Shown piece by piece: positions 16,963-26,822 of a stretch of 32,000 nucleotides of DNA. Position numbers and translations under genes: made by a program. The first letter of the stretch is position 1. The number at the start of each line of letters is the position of its first letter. The DNA lies in assembly GCF_000406145.1 (NCBI RefSeq), contig NZ_CM001976.1:2263543-2295542 (forward strand), written 5' to 3'. The notes under the pieces are model-generated. The model had not been told where the DNA came from. It was given only the letters and a program-made list of their open reading frames with translations, and did no database searches. The stretch is from Dickeya dadantii NCPPB 898 (GTDB lineage: Bacteria > Pseudomonadota > Gammaproteobacteria > Enterobacterales > Enterobacteriaceae).

Positions 16963-18813
16963 TTAACGCACGTCGCCGCAATTCAGGCACAGTGCGTAAC
17001 GGTTTTGCGGATCGTTCAGCGCCTCCAGCACCGACGTTTGCGCGCGAACCGTCTGCGCCAGTTGGGCCACCGGCGCCGGCACCATGGCCTGTAACGCTGA
17101 AGGCAGCATGGCGTAGACCGAGCTTCTGACCTGATTGAACATCGCATCAAGCAAGTCCGGCTCGCCGGAATACCAGCTCAATTGATACTGTTCCAGCTTG
17201 GCCAGTTCCGCCGCTTTTTTCACGGCGTCGTCAAAGTCGCCCAGTTGATCCACCAGTCCGTTGGTTTTGGCGTCGCTGCCGACCCAAACATGCCCCTGCG
17301 CGATCTCATCTACTTCCTGCGGCGTTTTCTTGCGTGACTCCGCCACCAGTGAAATAAAGTTCTGATAACCGCGCTCGATATTGAGTTGCATCAGTTGGCT
17401 GGCTTCCGTCGGCAAGGCTTTGGTCTGGGACAGCGCGGCCAGCGGAGAAGTAGCGACGCCGTCGGTATGTACGCCGATGCTATCCAGCGAATTTTCGAAG
17501 GTGGTGACAACGCCGAAAATCCCGATCGAGCCGGTCAGGGTACTGGGGCTGGCGATGATGGCGTTGGCCGGCGTGGAAATCCAGTAACCGCCGGAAGCCG
17601 CCATGCCGCCCATGGAAACCACCACCGGTTTGCCCGCCTGCCGCGCCGCCGCCAGTTCTGAACGAATCAGCTCCGATGCGGTGACGCTACCGCCGGGGCT
17701 GTTCACCCGCAGAACGATGGCTTTGACTTTCGGGTCCAGACGAGCGTTGCGGATCTGCGCAGCCGTGGTGTCACCGCCGACGTACCCCGGGGTTTCCTTG
17801 CCGTCGACGATGGTGCCGCTGGCAAACACCACGGCGATTTCGTTGGCATTGGCGGCCGGTGGGGTTGGCGCGTAATCATAGATGCTGGTGAAATTAAAGT
17901 TTTTGTTCTTGGCGTCCCACCCGAAGGCTTTGATGAACGATTGCTCAATCACCGAACGGGAGGCGACCTCGTCTACCAGCTTGTTTTCCAGCGCATAACG
18001 AGCGGTGTCGCCGTTGAGCGCGCGCAGGCCGGCGAGCAGGTTTTCAGCGCCGGGGAACAACTGTTGCGGCGTGATCTGACGGTTGGCCGCCACCGTATCG
18101 AGATAATGCTGCCACAGGGTGGAAATCCAGCGGCTATCGGCTTCACGCGCAGCTGGCGACATGTCGTCGCGGATGAACGGCTCGACCGCTGACTTGTAAG
18201 TGCCGACGCGGAAGATGTGCGTGGTGACCTTCAGTTTGTCCAGCAGCGTCTTGTAGTAAAGGTTATTGGTGGCGAAGCCGTGCAGGTCGATATTTCCCTG
18301 CGGGGTCAGATAGATTTTGTTGGCAAAGCTGGCCAGATAATATTGCGTCTGGTTGAAGTTGTCGCCGACGGCGAAAATCGGCTTGCCGGCATCGCGGAAT
18401 TCACGCAGCGCCTTGCCGATGTATTGCAGCGAAGGCTGATCCGCGCTGACAAAGTCGGACAGATCCATCACCATGCCGGTAATGTTGCTGTCGTCTTTGG
18501 CCTGACGGATGCTGTCGACGATATCAAACAGCGCGTTTTCCTGATGACGGCTGCCAGACACGCCGAAGAACTCCCGTCCGAACTGACGCAGTTTGTTGTT
18601 AACGGACGGCTTATCCACTACTACGCCCGTCAGATCCAGCAGTAACGCTCCTCGCACCGGCTCTGCCTGCGGAGTTTTGAACTGGCTATAGACCCCGATG
18701 CCGACCAGGATCAAAAACACCAGAAAGAGGTTGAGGATAAATTCGCGGATAAAATTCAGCAGGCGCCATCCCCACCTGAATATTCCACTGAAAATTCGCC
18801 ACATTGTGCGCAT
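16963..18813 (-). CDS. sppA: signal peptide peptidase SppA (protease IV), 67K type
   Basis: Collinear with E. coli SppA (MRT.WR...[48 protein letters not shown]). ATG 18811-18813 follows GGAG plus 5 nt. The GTG two codons upstream is the ORF-track start. Confidence 0.95.
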   Translation of the reverse strand: MRTMWRIFSGIFRWGWRLLNFIREFILNLFLVFLILVGIGVYSQFKTPQAEPVRGALLLDLTGVVVDKPSVNNKLRQFGREFFGVSGSRHQENALFDIVDSIRQAKDDSNITGMVMDLSDFVSADQPSLQYIGKALREFRDAGKPIFAVGDNFNQTQYYLASFANKIYLTPQGNIDLHGFATNNLYYKTLLDKLKVTTHIFRVGTYKSAVEPFIRDDMSPAAREADSRWISTLWQHYLDTVAANRQITPQQLFPGAENLLAGLRALNGDTARYALENKLVDEVASRSVIEQSFIKAFGWDAKNKNFNFTSIYDYAPTPPAANANEIAVVFASGTIVDGKETPGYVGGDTTAAQIRNARLDPKVKAIVLRVNSPGGSVTASELIRSELAAARQAGKPVVVSMGGMAASGGYWISTPANAIIASPSTLTGSIGIFGVVTTFENSLDSIGVHTDGVATSPLAALSQTKALPTEASQLMQLNIERGYQNFISLVAESRKKTPQEVDEIAQGHVWVGSDAKTNGLVDQLGDFDDAVKKAAELAKLEQYQLSWYSGEPDLLDAMFNQVRSSVYAMLPSALQAMVPAPVAQLAQTVRAQTSVLEALNDPQNRYALCLNCGDVR

Positions 18814-19078
18814 GTCCACTCCGTCAAAAGAAAACTGGGTTTAAGCAGCACCCCTGATTCGCCGGGCGATGACGCTGCCGAAATGCATCAGCGCCATTGC
18901 ACCCGCACGCGGGGCACTGGCGGTATCCTAATGAGCGATAGGATAAAAGTCAGCTATTTATCTTGCCGCGGGGGCAGCGGCAAGGCGCTAACTTGTAACA
19001 AATCTTCTACCTGTGCTACCGTGGCGCGCAACCGGATCTTATTCACCGACAGCAGATTTTCATGACAGGAGAGATGTG

Positions 19079-19630
19079 ATGGATGCTCTGGAATTGCTAC
19101 TGAATCGCCGTTCGGCGTCTCGTCTGGCGGCACCTGCGCCGGCGGGCGACGTGCTGGAGAATATTCTGCGCGCGGGCCTGCGGGCTCCGGACCATGGCGC
19201 ACTGCAGCCGTGGCGTTTCTCTATTATTCAGGATGAGGGGTTATCTCGCTTCAGCGATCTGTTGGTTAAGGCGGCATTGCAGGATAATCTGGACGAGGCT
19301 GGCGTCGAAAAAGCGCGTCAGGTGCCGTTCCGCGCCCCGATGATCATTACCGTGGTGGCGCATTGCGAAGAAAATCAGAAGGTGCCGCACTGGGAACAAG
19401 TGGTGTCCGCCGGCTGCGCGGTACAGGCCATGCAAATGGCGGCGCTGGCACAGGGGTTCAACGGTATCTGGCGCAGCGGCGCCTGGACTCATCATCCGCT
19501 GGTGCGCGATGCGTTTGGCTGCCGCGCGCAGGATGAAATCGTCGGTTTCCTTTATTTAGGGACGCCTCAGCTTAAAGCCTCCGCCGCGATCACGCCCGTT
19601 GATAGCGCGAAGTTTGTCAGCTATTTCTAA
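19079..19630 (+). CDS. ydjA: NAD(P)H nitroreductase YdjA
   Basis: [21 protein letters not shown]...[11 protein letters not shown]...[37 protein letters not shown] is collinear with E. coli YdjA (183 aa). AGGAGA lies upstream of ATG 19079. Confidence 0.94.
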   Translation: MDALELLLNRRSASRLAAPAPAGDVLENILRAGLRAPDHGALQPWRFSIIQDEGLSRFSDLLVKAALQDNLDEAGVEKARQVPFRAPMIITVVAHCEENQKVPHWEQVVSAGCAVQAMQMAALAQGFNGIWRSGAWTHHPLVRDAFGCRAQDEIVGFLYLGTPQLKASAAITPVDSAKFVSYF

Positions 19631-19714
19631 TTTCTGTATTGACGATGTTTCCCCTGATTTGCGCGCCTGACGGGGGGCGAATCAGGCAATCTCCGTTCTG
19701 CCTTGCGGTGTGAC

Positions 19715-21640
19715 ATGCGACTGTTTATTGCGGAAAAACCCAGTCTTGCCAGAGCCATTGCCGATGTGCTGCCTAAACCGCATCGGCGCAGCGATGGCTT
19801 TATTGCCTGTGGCGAGCAGGATGTCGTGACCTGGTGCGTGGGGCACCTGCTGGAGCAGGCGCAACCGGATGTGTACGACGCCCGTTACGCGCGCTGGTCA
19901 CTGGCGGACCTGCCGATTGTGCCGCAGAAATGGCTGCTGCAACCGCGGCCCTCTGTCAGTAAACAGCTGAATGTTATAAAAAAGCTGCTGACTCAGGCGG
20001 ATGAAATCATTCATGCCGGCGACCCGGATCGTGAAGGACAGTTACTGGTGGACGAAGTGCTGGAGTATCTGTCGCTGCCGGAAGAAAAACGCCAGCAGGT
20101 GGGCCGTTGTCTGATCAACGACCTGAATCCACAGGCGGTGGAGCGGGCAGTGTCGCGCCTGCGTGAAAACCGGGAATTCGTTCCGCTGTGCGTCTCCGCG
20201 CTGGCCCGCTCGCGCGCCGACTGGCTGTACGGTATCAACATGACCCGGGCTTATACCCTGCTGGGACGAAACGCCGGTTACGAAGGCGTGCTGTCGGTCG
20301 GTCGAGTGCAGACGCCGGTGCTGGGGCTGGTGGTACGGCGCGATGAGGAGATCGACAATTTTGTGTCACGCGACTATTTCGAGGTGAAGGCGCACATCGT
20401 CACGCCGGCCGACGAGCGGTTTATCGCCTTGTGGCAACCCAGCGAATCCTGCGAACCGTATCAGGACGAAGAGGGGCGTTTGCTGCATCGCCCGCTGGCC
20501 GAGCACGTTGTCAAACGCATCGAAGGGCAGCCGGCCTGGGTCACCGCCTATAATGATAAACGGGAATCGGAAACCGCGCCGCTGCCGTATTCTCTTTCCG
20601 CCTTGCAGATTGAAGCCGCCAAACGTTTTGGCCTTAGCGCCCAGCAGGTGCTGGATGTCTGCCAGCGGTTGTATGAAACGCATAAGCTGATTACGTATCC
20701 GCGTTCGGATTGCCGTTATCTGCCGGAGGAGCATTTTGCCGGGCGGCAGGCGGTGCTGAACGCGATTGCGGCGCATCAGCCGGATTTGCTGCCGCAGCCT
20801 GCCGTTGATCCCGAGCGCCGCAACCGCTGTTGGGATGACAGCAAGGTCGATGCCCACCACGCTATTATTCCCACGGCGCGCAGCGCCCGCACCTCGCTGA
20901 CGGAATCGGAAAGCCAGGTCTATGGGCTGATTGCCCGGCAATACCTGATGCAGTTTTGTGCGGATGCGGTGTTTCGTAAATGCGTTATCGATCTGGATAT
21001 CGCCGGCGGCAAGTTTGTCGCCAAGGCGCGATTTCTGGCGGAGGCGGGCTGGCGAGCGTTGCTTGGTCACAAAGAGCGGGACGAGGAAAACGAAGGGATG
21101 CCGCTGCCGGTGGTGACGAAAGGCGATGAACTTTTGTGTGAGCGCGGCGAGGTGGTGGAACGGCAGACTCAGCCGCCCCGGCACTTCACCGATGCGACCC
21201 TGCTGTCCGCCATGACCGGTATCGCGCGTTTTGTGCAGGACAAAGCATTGAAGAAAATCCTGCGTGAAACCGACGGGTTGGGCACCGAAGCCACACGTGC
21301 AGGCATTATCGAGTTATTGTTCAAACGCGCGTTTCTGGTAAAGAAAGGGCGTTATATTCACTCCACCGAAGCGGGCAAGGCGTTGATCCACGCCTTGCCG
21401 CCGATGGCGGCGCACCCGGATATGACCGCACACTGGGAAGCCACGCTGACGCAGATTAGCGAAAAGCGTTGCCGCTATCAGGATTTCATGCAGCCATTGA
21501 CCCAGTCGCTGCACGAACTTATTCAGCAGGCCCGGCAAAGTGGTAATATCACGGCATTCAGAGGATTACCGCCGGTGAAACGCGCTCCGCCCGCAGGGCG
21601 GAAACGTCGCCAGTCACGTTCAGCCAGCACAAAGGAGTAA
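19715..21640 (+). CDS. topB: DNA topoisomerase III
   Basis: [31 protein letters not shown]...[15 protein letters not shown] matches E. coli TopB from residue 1 through the whole length, with a basic C-terminal tail. Confidence 0.97.
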   Translation: MRLFIAEKPSLARAIADVLPKPHRRSDGFIACGEQDVVTWCVGHLLEQAQPDVYDARYARWSLADLPIVPQKWLLQPRPSVSKQLNVIKKLLTQADEIIHAGDPDREGQLLVDEVLEYLSLPEEKRQQVGRCLINDLNPQAVERAVSRLRENREFVPLCVSALARSRADWLYGINMTRAYTLLGRNAGYEGVLSVGRVQTPVLGLVVRRDEEIDNFVSRDYFEVKAHIVTPADERFIALWQPSESCEPYQDEEGRLLHRPLAEHVVKRIEGQPAWVTAYNDKRESETAPLPYSLSALQIEAAKRFGLSAQQVLDVCQRLYETHKLITYPRSDCRYLPEEHFAGRQAVLNAIAAHQPDLLPQPAVDPERRNRCWDDSKVDAHHAIIPTARSARTSLTESESQVYGLIARQYLMQFCADAVFRKCVIDLDIAGGKFVAKARFLAEAGWRALLGHKERDEENEGMPLPVVTKGDELLCERGEVVERQTQPPRHFTDATLLSAMTGIARFVQDKALKKILRETDGLGTEATRAGIIELLFKRAFLVKKGRYIHSTEAGKALIHALPPMAAHPDMTAHWEATLTQISEKRCRYQDFMQPLTQSLHELIQQARQSGNITAFRGLPPVKRAPPAGRKRRQSRSASTKE

Positions 21641-21645
21641 CGCAG

Positions 21646-22038
21646 ATGAAAGCATGGGGCACCTTCCTGATGGCAACAGGCTTGTTGTTATCTTCCGCTA
21701 CGCAGGCGGCGACGCAAACCACGGTGATTACGCAGGGGAATCCGGTGGTGTTGCCGGGCAATACCAGCAGTACCTACGGCACGGCATCCACAACGCAGGG
21801 GAGCACCAACACCGAAGTGGTGGTGCCGGTGCCTCCTCAGGTGATCTGGGGAAACGGCAATGGCGGCAACGTACAGCGTGAAGCTCAGGTTAATTGCATG
21901 AGTTGCTGCATTTACCAGAACAGAAACTACTCTGAAGGCTCGGTGGTCAGGGCGGAAGGGGTGTTGCTGCAATGCCAGCGCGATAAGGACAATCTCGGCA
22001 CCAACAATCTGGTATGGCGCATTATCAAAGACCAGTAG
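21646..22038 (+). CDS. secreted cysteine-containing small protein, YnjH/DUF1496-like
   Basis: ATG lies 6 nt after the topB stop, with AAGGAG inside the topB 3' end. It has a signal peptide (MKAWGTFLMATGLLLSSATQA), a T/S/Q/G-rich linker and a C-terminal module CMSCCIYQNRNYSEGSVVRAEGVLLQCQRD, which I recall as the DUF1496 pattern. E. coli ynjH lies near topB. Confidence 0.7.
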   Translation: MKAWGTFLMATGLLLSSATQAATQTTVITQGNPVVLPGNTSSTYGTASTTQGSTNTEVVVPVPPQVIWGNGNGGNVQREAQVNCMSCCIYQNRNYSEGSVVRAEGVLLQCQRDKDNLGTNNLVWRIIKDQ

Positions 22039-22055
22039 TAAACGTACCGGATGAT

Positions 22056-22079
22056 AGCGGGGCTGCTTGCAGCCCCGCT
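22056..22079. terminator. bidirectional hairpin between the ynjH-like gene and xthA
   Basis: AGCGGGGCTGC-tt-GCAGCCCCGCT (GC-rich arms; the real stem must be shorter to allow a loop) lies between the stops at 22036-22038 and 22087-22089. Confidence 0.6.
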
Positions 22080-22086
22080 TGCGTCA

Positions 22087-22893
22087 TCAGAACGTGAATT
22101 CCGCCCATACCGGCGCATGGTCGGAAGGTTTCTCCATTCCCCGGATAGCATAATCAATACCGGTGGCCGCGCAGCGGCTGGCCAGCGGCGCTGTAGCCAT
22201 AATCAGATCGATGCGCAGGCCGCGGTTGTCGTCAAACCCGGCCGAGCGGTAATCAAACCACGAAAACCGGTCCTGACATTCGGGGTTGGCGGCGCGGAAG
22301 GTATCGATCAGTCCCCAGTTCTTCAGCCGCTCCATCCACTCGCGCTCTTCCGGCAGGAAAGAACATTTGCCGGTGCGTAGCCAGCGCTTGCGATTGTCCT
22401 CGCCAATGCCGATATCCAGATCGGTCGGGCTGATGTTCATGTCGCCCATAATCAGCACCGGCTGGTCCGCCTGATGGTGCTGTTCAAGATAATGCTGCAA
22501 ATCCTGATAGAAACGGGTCTTGGCCGGGAATTTTACCGCGTGGTCGCGGCTTTCGCCTTGCGGAAAATAGCCGTTGACCACGGTCAGCGTACCGAGCGGC
22601 GTCGCCAGGTCCGCCATGATGATGCGGCGCTGGGCGTCTTCTTCGTCAGTGGGGAATCCGCGCCGGACCGCCAGCGGTTCGGCTTTGGTCAGCAGCGCCA
22701 CGCCGTAATGGCCTTTCTGACCGTGGTAGAAGACGTGATAGCCAAACTGTTTCACCTCATCGAGCGGAAACATATCGTCGTGGACTTTGGTTTCCTGCAG
22801 ACCGATCACATCAGGCTGATGTTGTTCGATAATTGCGGCTAACTGGTGCGGTCGGGCGCGCAGCCCGTTGATATTGAAAGAAACAAACTTCAT
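22087..22893 (-). CDS. xthA: exodeoxyribonuclease III
   Basis: [20 protein letters not shown]...[15 protein letters not shown]...SWFDYRS.GF..N.GLRIDL...[10 protein letters not shown] matches E. coli XthA over 268 aa. Confidence 0.97.
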   Translation of the reverse strand: MKFVSFNINGLRARPHQLAAIIEQHQPDVIGLQETKVHDDMFPLDEVKQFGYHVFYHGQKGHYGVALLTKAEPLAVRRGFPTDEEDAQRRIIMADLATPLGTLTVVNGYFPQGESRDHAVKFPAKTRFYQDLQHYLEQHHQADQPVLIMGDMNISPTDLDIGIGEDNRKRWLRTGKCSFLPEEREWMERLKNWGLIDTFRAANPECQDRFSWFDYRSAGFDDNRGLRIDLIMATAPLASRCAATGIDYAIRGMEKPSDHAPVWAEFTF

Positions 22894-23003
22894 GTTCGCT
22901 GCCGTTGTTAAAAAAACGTGCCCTGATGGTAGCAGAAAGGCGGCAGTCGAGTCACGGCGGCTACGCTGCCGTATCAGCAGTCATAACTATCGGTGATGGC
23001 TGG

Positions 23004-23032
23004 TTGAACCGGGCGGCGATAGCCCGTATACT
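23004..23032 (+). promoter_or_regulatory. sigma70 promoter driving the glycine riboswitch transcript
   Basis: TTGAAC (23004-23009), a 17-nt spacer, then TATACT (23027-23032). The predicted start falls a few nt before the first aptamer. Confidence 0.65.
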
Positions 23033-23040
23033 CCGCGGCT

Positions 23041-23210
23041 TGCAGGAGAGTGGAAGGCCACGTTCTTCCCGCCGAAGGCGCAAACTCCCATAATCGCTCA
23101 GGCTACCTTACTGCACATTTCTATGACGCCAACTGGAGAGCGGTTGCCAGACAACCCACCGAAGGGGCAAGCGGTTTTACCGCGTAAACTCTCAGGTAAA
23201 AGGACAGAGG
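23041..23210 (+). promoter_or_regulatory. glycine riboswitch, tandem-aptamer architecture
   Basis: Unit 1 (23041-23115): UGCAG-GAGAG, GGAAG/CUUCC hairpin, CGCCGAAGGCGCAA, CUCAGGC, closing CUGCA. Unit 2 (23133-23207): CUGGAGAG, GGUUG/CAACC hairpin, CACCGAAGGGGCAA, GCGG/CCGC hairpin, CUCUCAGGUAAAAGGACAG. These are the conserved blocks of the glycine aptamer (GGAGAG, CCGAAGG-GCAA, CUCAGG-AAAAGGAC). Confidence 0.8.
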
Positions 23211-23238
23211 GAGGGGCACATTCCACAAGGGTACCTGT

Positions 23239-23859
23239 GTGCTGACCTATATCTATCTGATCGCTATTACCGCTGAGGGTATGTCCGGCGCGCTGGCCGC
23301 GGGCCGCCGCAATATGGACATCTTCGGTGTTTCGATGATCGCTTTTATTACCGCGCTGGGCGGCGGTACGGTGCGCGATATTCTGCTGGGTAACTATCCC
23401 ATCGTTTGGACACAGCATCCTGTTTATATCTACCTCACGATTGGCGCCGGGCTGCTGGCGGTGCTGGCTGCGCGCGTGATGCACCACCTGCACCGGCTGT
23501 TTCTGGTACTGGACGCCATGGGACTGGTGGCATTCACCATTATCGGTTGCAATGTGGCGATTGAACTGGGGTATTCGCCGACCGTGGTGGTGATGGCAGG
23601 GATTACCACCGGTATCTTCGGTGGGATTTTGCGCGATATTTTTTGCAATCGGACGCCGATGGTGCTGCGCAAAGAGCTGTACGCCTGCGTTTCCTTGCTG
23701 GTGGCGCTGGTTTACCTTGGCCTGCGCGAAATCGGCATCAACCACGATCTCAACCAACTGATCTCTTTTTCTGTCGGGTTAGCACTGCGTCTGGCGGCTA
23801 TTTTCTGGTCCTGGCAGTTGCCGGTATTCAGCTATATGCCGGAACGCTGGAAAGAGTAA
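23239..23859 (+). CDS. UPF0126 (Pfam 'glycine transporter' domain) / TRIC-like membrane protein, YicG/YadS family
   Basis: 206 aa with a GTG start. MLTYIYLIAITAEGMSGALAAGRRNMDIFGV...GGGTVRDILLG...GIFGGILRDIFC aligns residue-for-residue with E. coli YicG (MLLHILYLVGITAEAMTGALAAGRRRMD...). It has two UPF0126 repeats. Confidence 0.9.
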   Translation: MLTYIYLIAITAEGMSGALAAGRRNMDIFGVSMIAFITALGGGTVRDILLGNYPIVWTQHPVYIYLTIGAGLLAVLAARVMHHLHRLFLVLDAMGLVAFTIIGCNVAIELGYSPTVVVMAGITTGIFGGILRDIFCNRTPMVLRKELYACVSLLVALVYLGLREIGINHDLNQLISFSVGLALRLAAIFWSWQLPVFSYMPERWKE

Positions 23860-24058
23860 TCACGTTATCTTGTCCGTACTATCACCACGGCATCGGTATA
23901 TGAATATCGCAGAGTAATCATGGCGATTTTTCATGATGCGATGAAGCCGTCGTGATAATGCCACGATGTGTTTTCCTGCGGCGCTTGTGGGTGATTTCTT
24001 TTTTGGATGCGATGAGTTTGTTTGGATGCGGTAATGATATGTCGTAGCGATTTGGAGA

Positions 24059-24143
<85 letters not shown>

Positions 24144-24179
24144 ACTGGCCTGATTGCTCTTTCGTGTCGAGCGGGGCGC

Positions 24180-24207
24180 ATCATATCAAATGCCGCGCCC
24201 CTGTAAA
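24180..24207 (-). promoter_or_regulatory. tyrT-type promoter with GC-rich discriminator
   Basis: The minus strand reads TTTACA (24202-24207), a 16-nt spacer, TATGAT (24180-24185), then GCGCCCCGCT. This is the same layout I recall for the stringently controlled E. coli tyrT promoter, with an A/T-rich tract upstream. Confidence 0.8.
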
Positions 24208-24290
24208 GACCGAAAAAACAAAAACAAGTTCGTTTGCCGGTTTTTTATGCCGCCCGCTGTAATTGTAGGCGAAGGGCGGCGAAGGGCTAA

Positions 24291-25142
24291 TCAACGCAGG
24301 ATAATCGTGCGGTTGCCGTAAACGAACACCCGCTGGGCCAATACGTGGTACAGCGCCCGGCTGAGCACGTTTTTTTCCACGTCGCGACCGGCGCGCATCA
24401 TGTCATCCGCGGTGTAAGTATGATCAACGTGGATCACGTCCTGCATGATGATCGGGCCTTCATCCAGATTGTCGTTCACATAATGAGCGGTGGCGCCGAT
24501 GATCTTCACGCCGCGCTCGTAAGCCTGGTGGTACGGGCGCGCGCCGATAAACGCCGGCAGGAACGAATGATGGATATTGATAACCCGGTTAGGGTAGTTC
24601 TGAACAAAAGCGGGCGTCAGCACGCGCATGTATTTCGCCAGCACCACGTAGTCAGGTTTATATTGGTCGATCTGCGCGATCATTTTCAGATCGTGCTCTT
24701 CGCGCGTCAGGCCTTCGTGGCTGACCAGATGGAATGGAATATCAAAGCGTTCTACCAGCGTACGCAGCGTTTCGTGGTTACCGATTACCGCCGCGATCTC
24801 GACATCCAGACCGCCGTAGGCGCTTTTCATCAGCAGATCGCCAAGACAGTGGGCTTCCTTGGTCACCAGAATAACGACACGGCGACGCCCGGCGCTGGTC
24901 AGTTCGCGCACGGAGCCTTCCGGTAAGGCGCTGTCCAGATCGGCCTGCAGTGTGGTGTCGTTGAAGATACCTTCCAATTCCGTACGCATGAAGAAACGAC
25001 CGGTACGGTGATCAACATATTCCGAATTCTGCACGATATTCAGCTCGTGCTTGTAGCAGATGTTGGTGATCTTGGCGATAAGCCCTTTCGCGTCAGGGCA
25101 GATTGTCCGTAAAATTTTTCGTTGGATATTCTGGGATTGCAT
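24291..25142 (-). CDS. purU: formyltetrahydrofolate deformylase
   Basis: ...LRTICPD.KGLIA.ITNICYKHELNIVQN.E.VDHRTGRFFMRTELEGIFND...INIHHSFLPAFIGARPYHQAYERGVKIIGATAHYV is near-identical to E. coli PurU. Confidence 0.97.
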   Translation of the reverse strand: MQSQNIQRKILRTICPDAKGLIAKITNICYKHELNIVQNSEYVDHRTGRFFMRTELEGIFNDTTLQADLDSALPEGSVRELTSAGRRRVVILVTKEAHCLGDLLMKSAYGGLDVEIAAVIGNHETLRTLVERFDIPFHLVSHEGLTREEHDLKMIAQIDQYKPDYVVLAKYMRVLTPAFVQNYPNRVINIHHSFLPAFIGARPYHQAYERGVKIIGATAHYVNDNLDEGPIIMQDVIHVDHTYTADDMMRAGRDVEKNVLSRALYHVLAQRVFVYGNRTIILR

Positions 25143-25221
25143 GGAATTGGGATCCTGTCCAAAACATAAAATCAGATGTTGCCGTTACGCGATGCCGGAA
25201 TCACCGCGATAATCAAGGGTA

Positions 25222-25689
25222 TTATTGTCCGCAGCACTTTTTGTATTTTTTGCCGGAGCCGCACGGACAGGCGTCGTTCCTGCCGGTTTGCAGGTGAACG
25301 CCGTCGACATAGTACCAGCGATCGCGATAACGAAGGAAGCGAGAACGTTCCCTCATCAGCACCCGGCGGTCCGGATGCCCGGCTGCGCTGTAGCTGGCCG
25401 CGAATTCGACGTAGCCTTCGTCCACCGTTTTTCCCGGCGCGACGTCCAGTATCCGCAGACCGAGCCAGTGCGTGTCGGTGCAACTTGTGGTGATGTCGGC
25501 TCGCCAGTTTTCCGCGTGGCAATCCGGATGCCAGGTGTCGACCAGATAATCGACATCCTGTTTGACGTAGGCGCTATACCGTGAACGCATCAGTAGGTCA
25601 GGGCGCGGGGCCTGGGCATCACGACGCAGATAGGGCTGGCAGCAGTGTTCGTAAGGCTGATCACTGCCGCATGGGCAACATTCGGACAC
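25222..25689 (-). CDS. ychJ: UPF0225 protein YchJ (SEC-C motifs at both ends)
   Basis: CPCGS...CC at the N-terminus and GRNDACPCGSGKKYKKCCGQ at the C-terminus, collinear with E. coli YchJ. GTG 25687-25689 follows GGAG plus 5 nt and matches the E. coli N-terminus better than the ATG 8 codons upstream. Confidence 0.9.
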   Translation of the reverse strand: MSECCPCGSDQPYEHCCQPYLRRDAQAPRPDLLMRSRYSAYVKQDVDYLVDTWHPDCHAENWRADITTSCTDTHWLGLRILDVAPGKTVDEGYVEFAASYSAAGHPDRRVLMRERSRFLRYRDRWYYVDGVHLQTGRNDACPCGSGKKYKKCCGQ

Positions 25690-25848
25690 AATATCTCCTG
25701 CAAAATTCTGCAATAAGCTTAAATAATTGAGACGCCACTGATAAGGCGTGCGCTATGTTACCCAATAGGGTTCGCGTATCGCAATAATCCTGTCCGGTGC
25801 GTACATAACGGCAGGGTAGCGCCTAGAATAAGACACAGGGGGAGCACC

Positions 25849-26763
25849 ATGAGTACCATGCGGAAGGTAACTATCGGTCTGGCATTGGGGTCCGGTGCGG
25901 CTAAAGGATGGGCGCACATCGGCGTGCTGAAGGCGCTGGAGGATCTGGGGATTGTGCCTGACGTGGTGGCGGGGTGTTCGGTGGGGGCGCTGGTCGGCGC
26001 CGCTTACGCCACACATCGTCTGGACAGTATGGCGCACTGGGTGAGCGGCTTTCGCTACTGGGATGTCATTCGTCTGATGGACTTTTCCTGGCGGCGTGGC
26101 GGATTATTGCGGGGCGATCGCGTTTTCAACCATGTAAAGCATTTGCTACGTACGCAACATATTGAAGAGTGTGCTATCAAATATGGAGCAGTGGCAACTA
26201 ATCTGAGCACGGGAAGGGAACTTTGGCTGACGCAAGGGGACTTACATTTAGCTATTCGCGCCTCCTGCAGTATGCCGGGGTTATTGTCTCCGGTGCAATT
26301 CAATGGTTACTGGCTGGTGGATGGGGCCGTCGTTAATCCGATTCCGGTCTCATTGACTCGCGCGATGGGTGCGGATGTGGTGATTGCGGTGGATTTGCAG
26401 CACGATGCCAGCCTGCTGCCGCATAATCTGTTGTCTACCAGGCCGGCGGTTCAGGCGGAGGAGATTGCCGCGCCGCACGGCTGGCGTCAGCGTCTTCGGT
26501 CTCGTCTGTCTCACCGTTTTCGTCGGCAGACGGAAGCGACGCCCACCGCGATGGAGATCATGAGCACTTCTATACAGATATTGGAGAATCGCCTGAAAAT
26601 GAATCGTATGGCGGGCGATCCTCCGGATGTATTGATTCAACCTTATTGCCCGCAAATCGCCACGCTGGATTTTCATCGAGCGGAAGAGGCTATTGAGTCC
26701 GGCAGGCTGGCGGTGGAGAAACAGCGGGAGCTGCTGTTGCCGCTGGTGAACCATGGTGTATAG
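25849..26763 (+). CDS. rssA: patatin-like phospholipase RssA
   Basis: MRKVTIGLALGSGAAKGWAHIGV...VAGCSVGALVGAAYA...DGAVVNPIP is collinear with E. coli RssA. ATG 25849 follows GGGGGAG. The ATG 3 codons later (25858) corresponds to the E. coli start. Confidence 0.93.
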   Translation: MSTMRKVTIGLALGSGAAKGWAHIGVLKALEDLGIVPDVVAGCSVGALVGAAYATHRLDSMAHWVSGFRYWDVIRLMDFSWRRGGLLRGDRVFNHVKHLLRTQHIEECAIKYGAVATNLSTGRELWLTQGDLHLAIRASCSMPGLLSPVQFNGYWLVDGAVVNPIPVSLTRAMGADVVIAVDLQHDASLLPHNLLSTRPAVQAEEIAAPHGWRQRLRSRLSHRFRRQTEATPTAMEIMSTSIQILENRLKMNRMAGDPPDVLIQPYCPQIATLDFHRAEEAIESGRLAVEKQRELLLPLVNHGV

Positions 26764-26822
26764 GGTTATTTCCGATTTAGGATTCGGCAACGAATGATGA
26801 TGAGCGGTGCAAGGGGTCATTG

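Noticed and set aside
20366-21184. 272-aa minus-strand ORF
   Set aside because: It is antisense to topB. The translation is arginine- and leucine-rich with no motifs, and topB is collinear with its E. coli orthologue here.
23098-23757. 219-aa minus-strand ORF covering the riboswitch and the start of the membrane-protein gene
   Set aside because: It is antisense to a gene that aligns residue-for-residue with YicG and to a structured RNA. Its H/Q/N-rich translation has no family resemblance.
23924-24030. Short direct repeats downstream of tRNA-Tyr (GATTTTTCATGATGCGATGAAG versus GATTTCTTTTTTGGATGCGATGAG, plus GGATGCGGTAATGAT)
   Set aside because: They are only about 10 nt of exact core, are degenerate, and are unrelated to the tRNA 3' end. 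They are not comparable to the 178-bp tyrT repeats of E. coli, so they are noted only as context.
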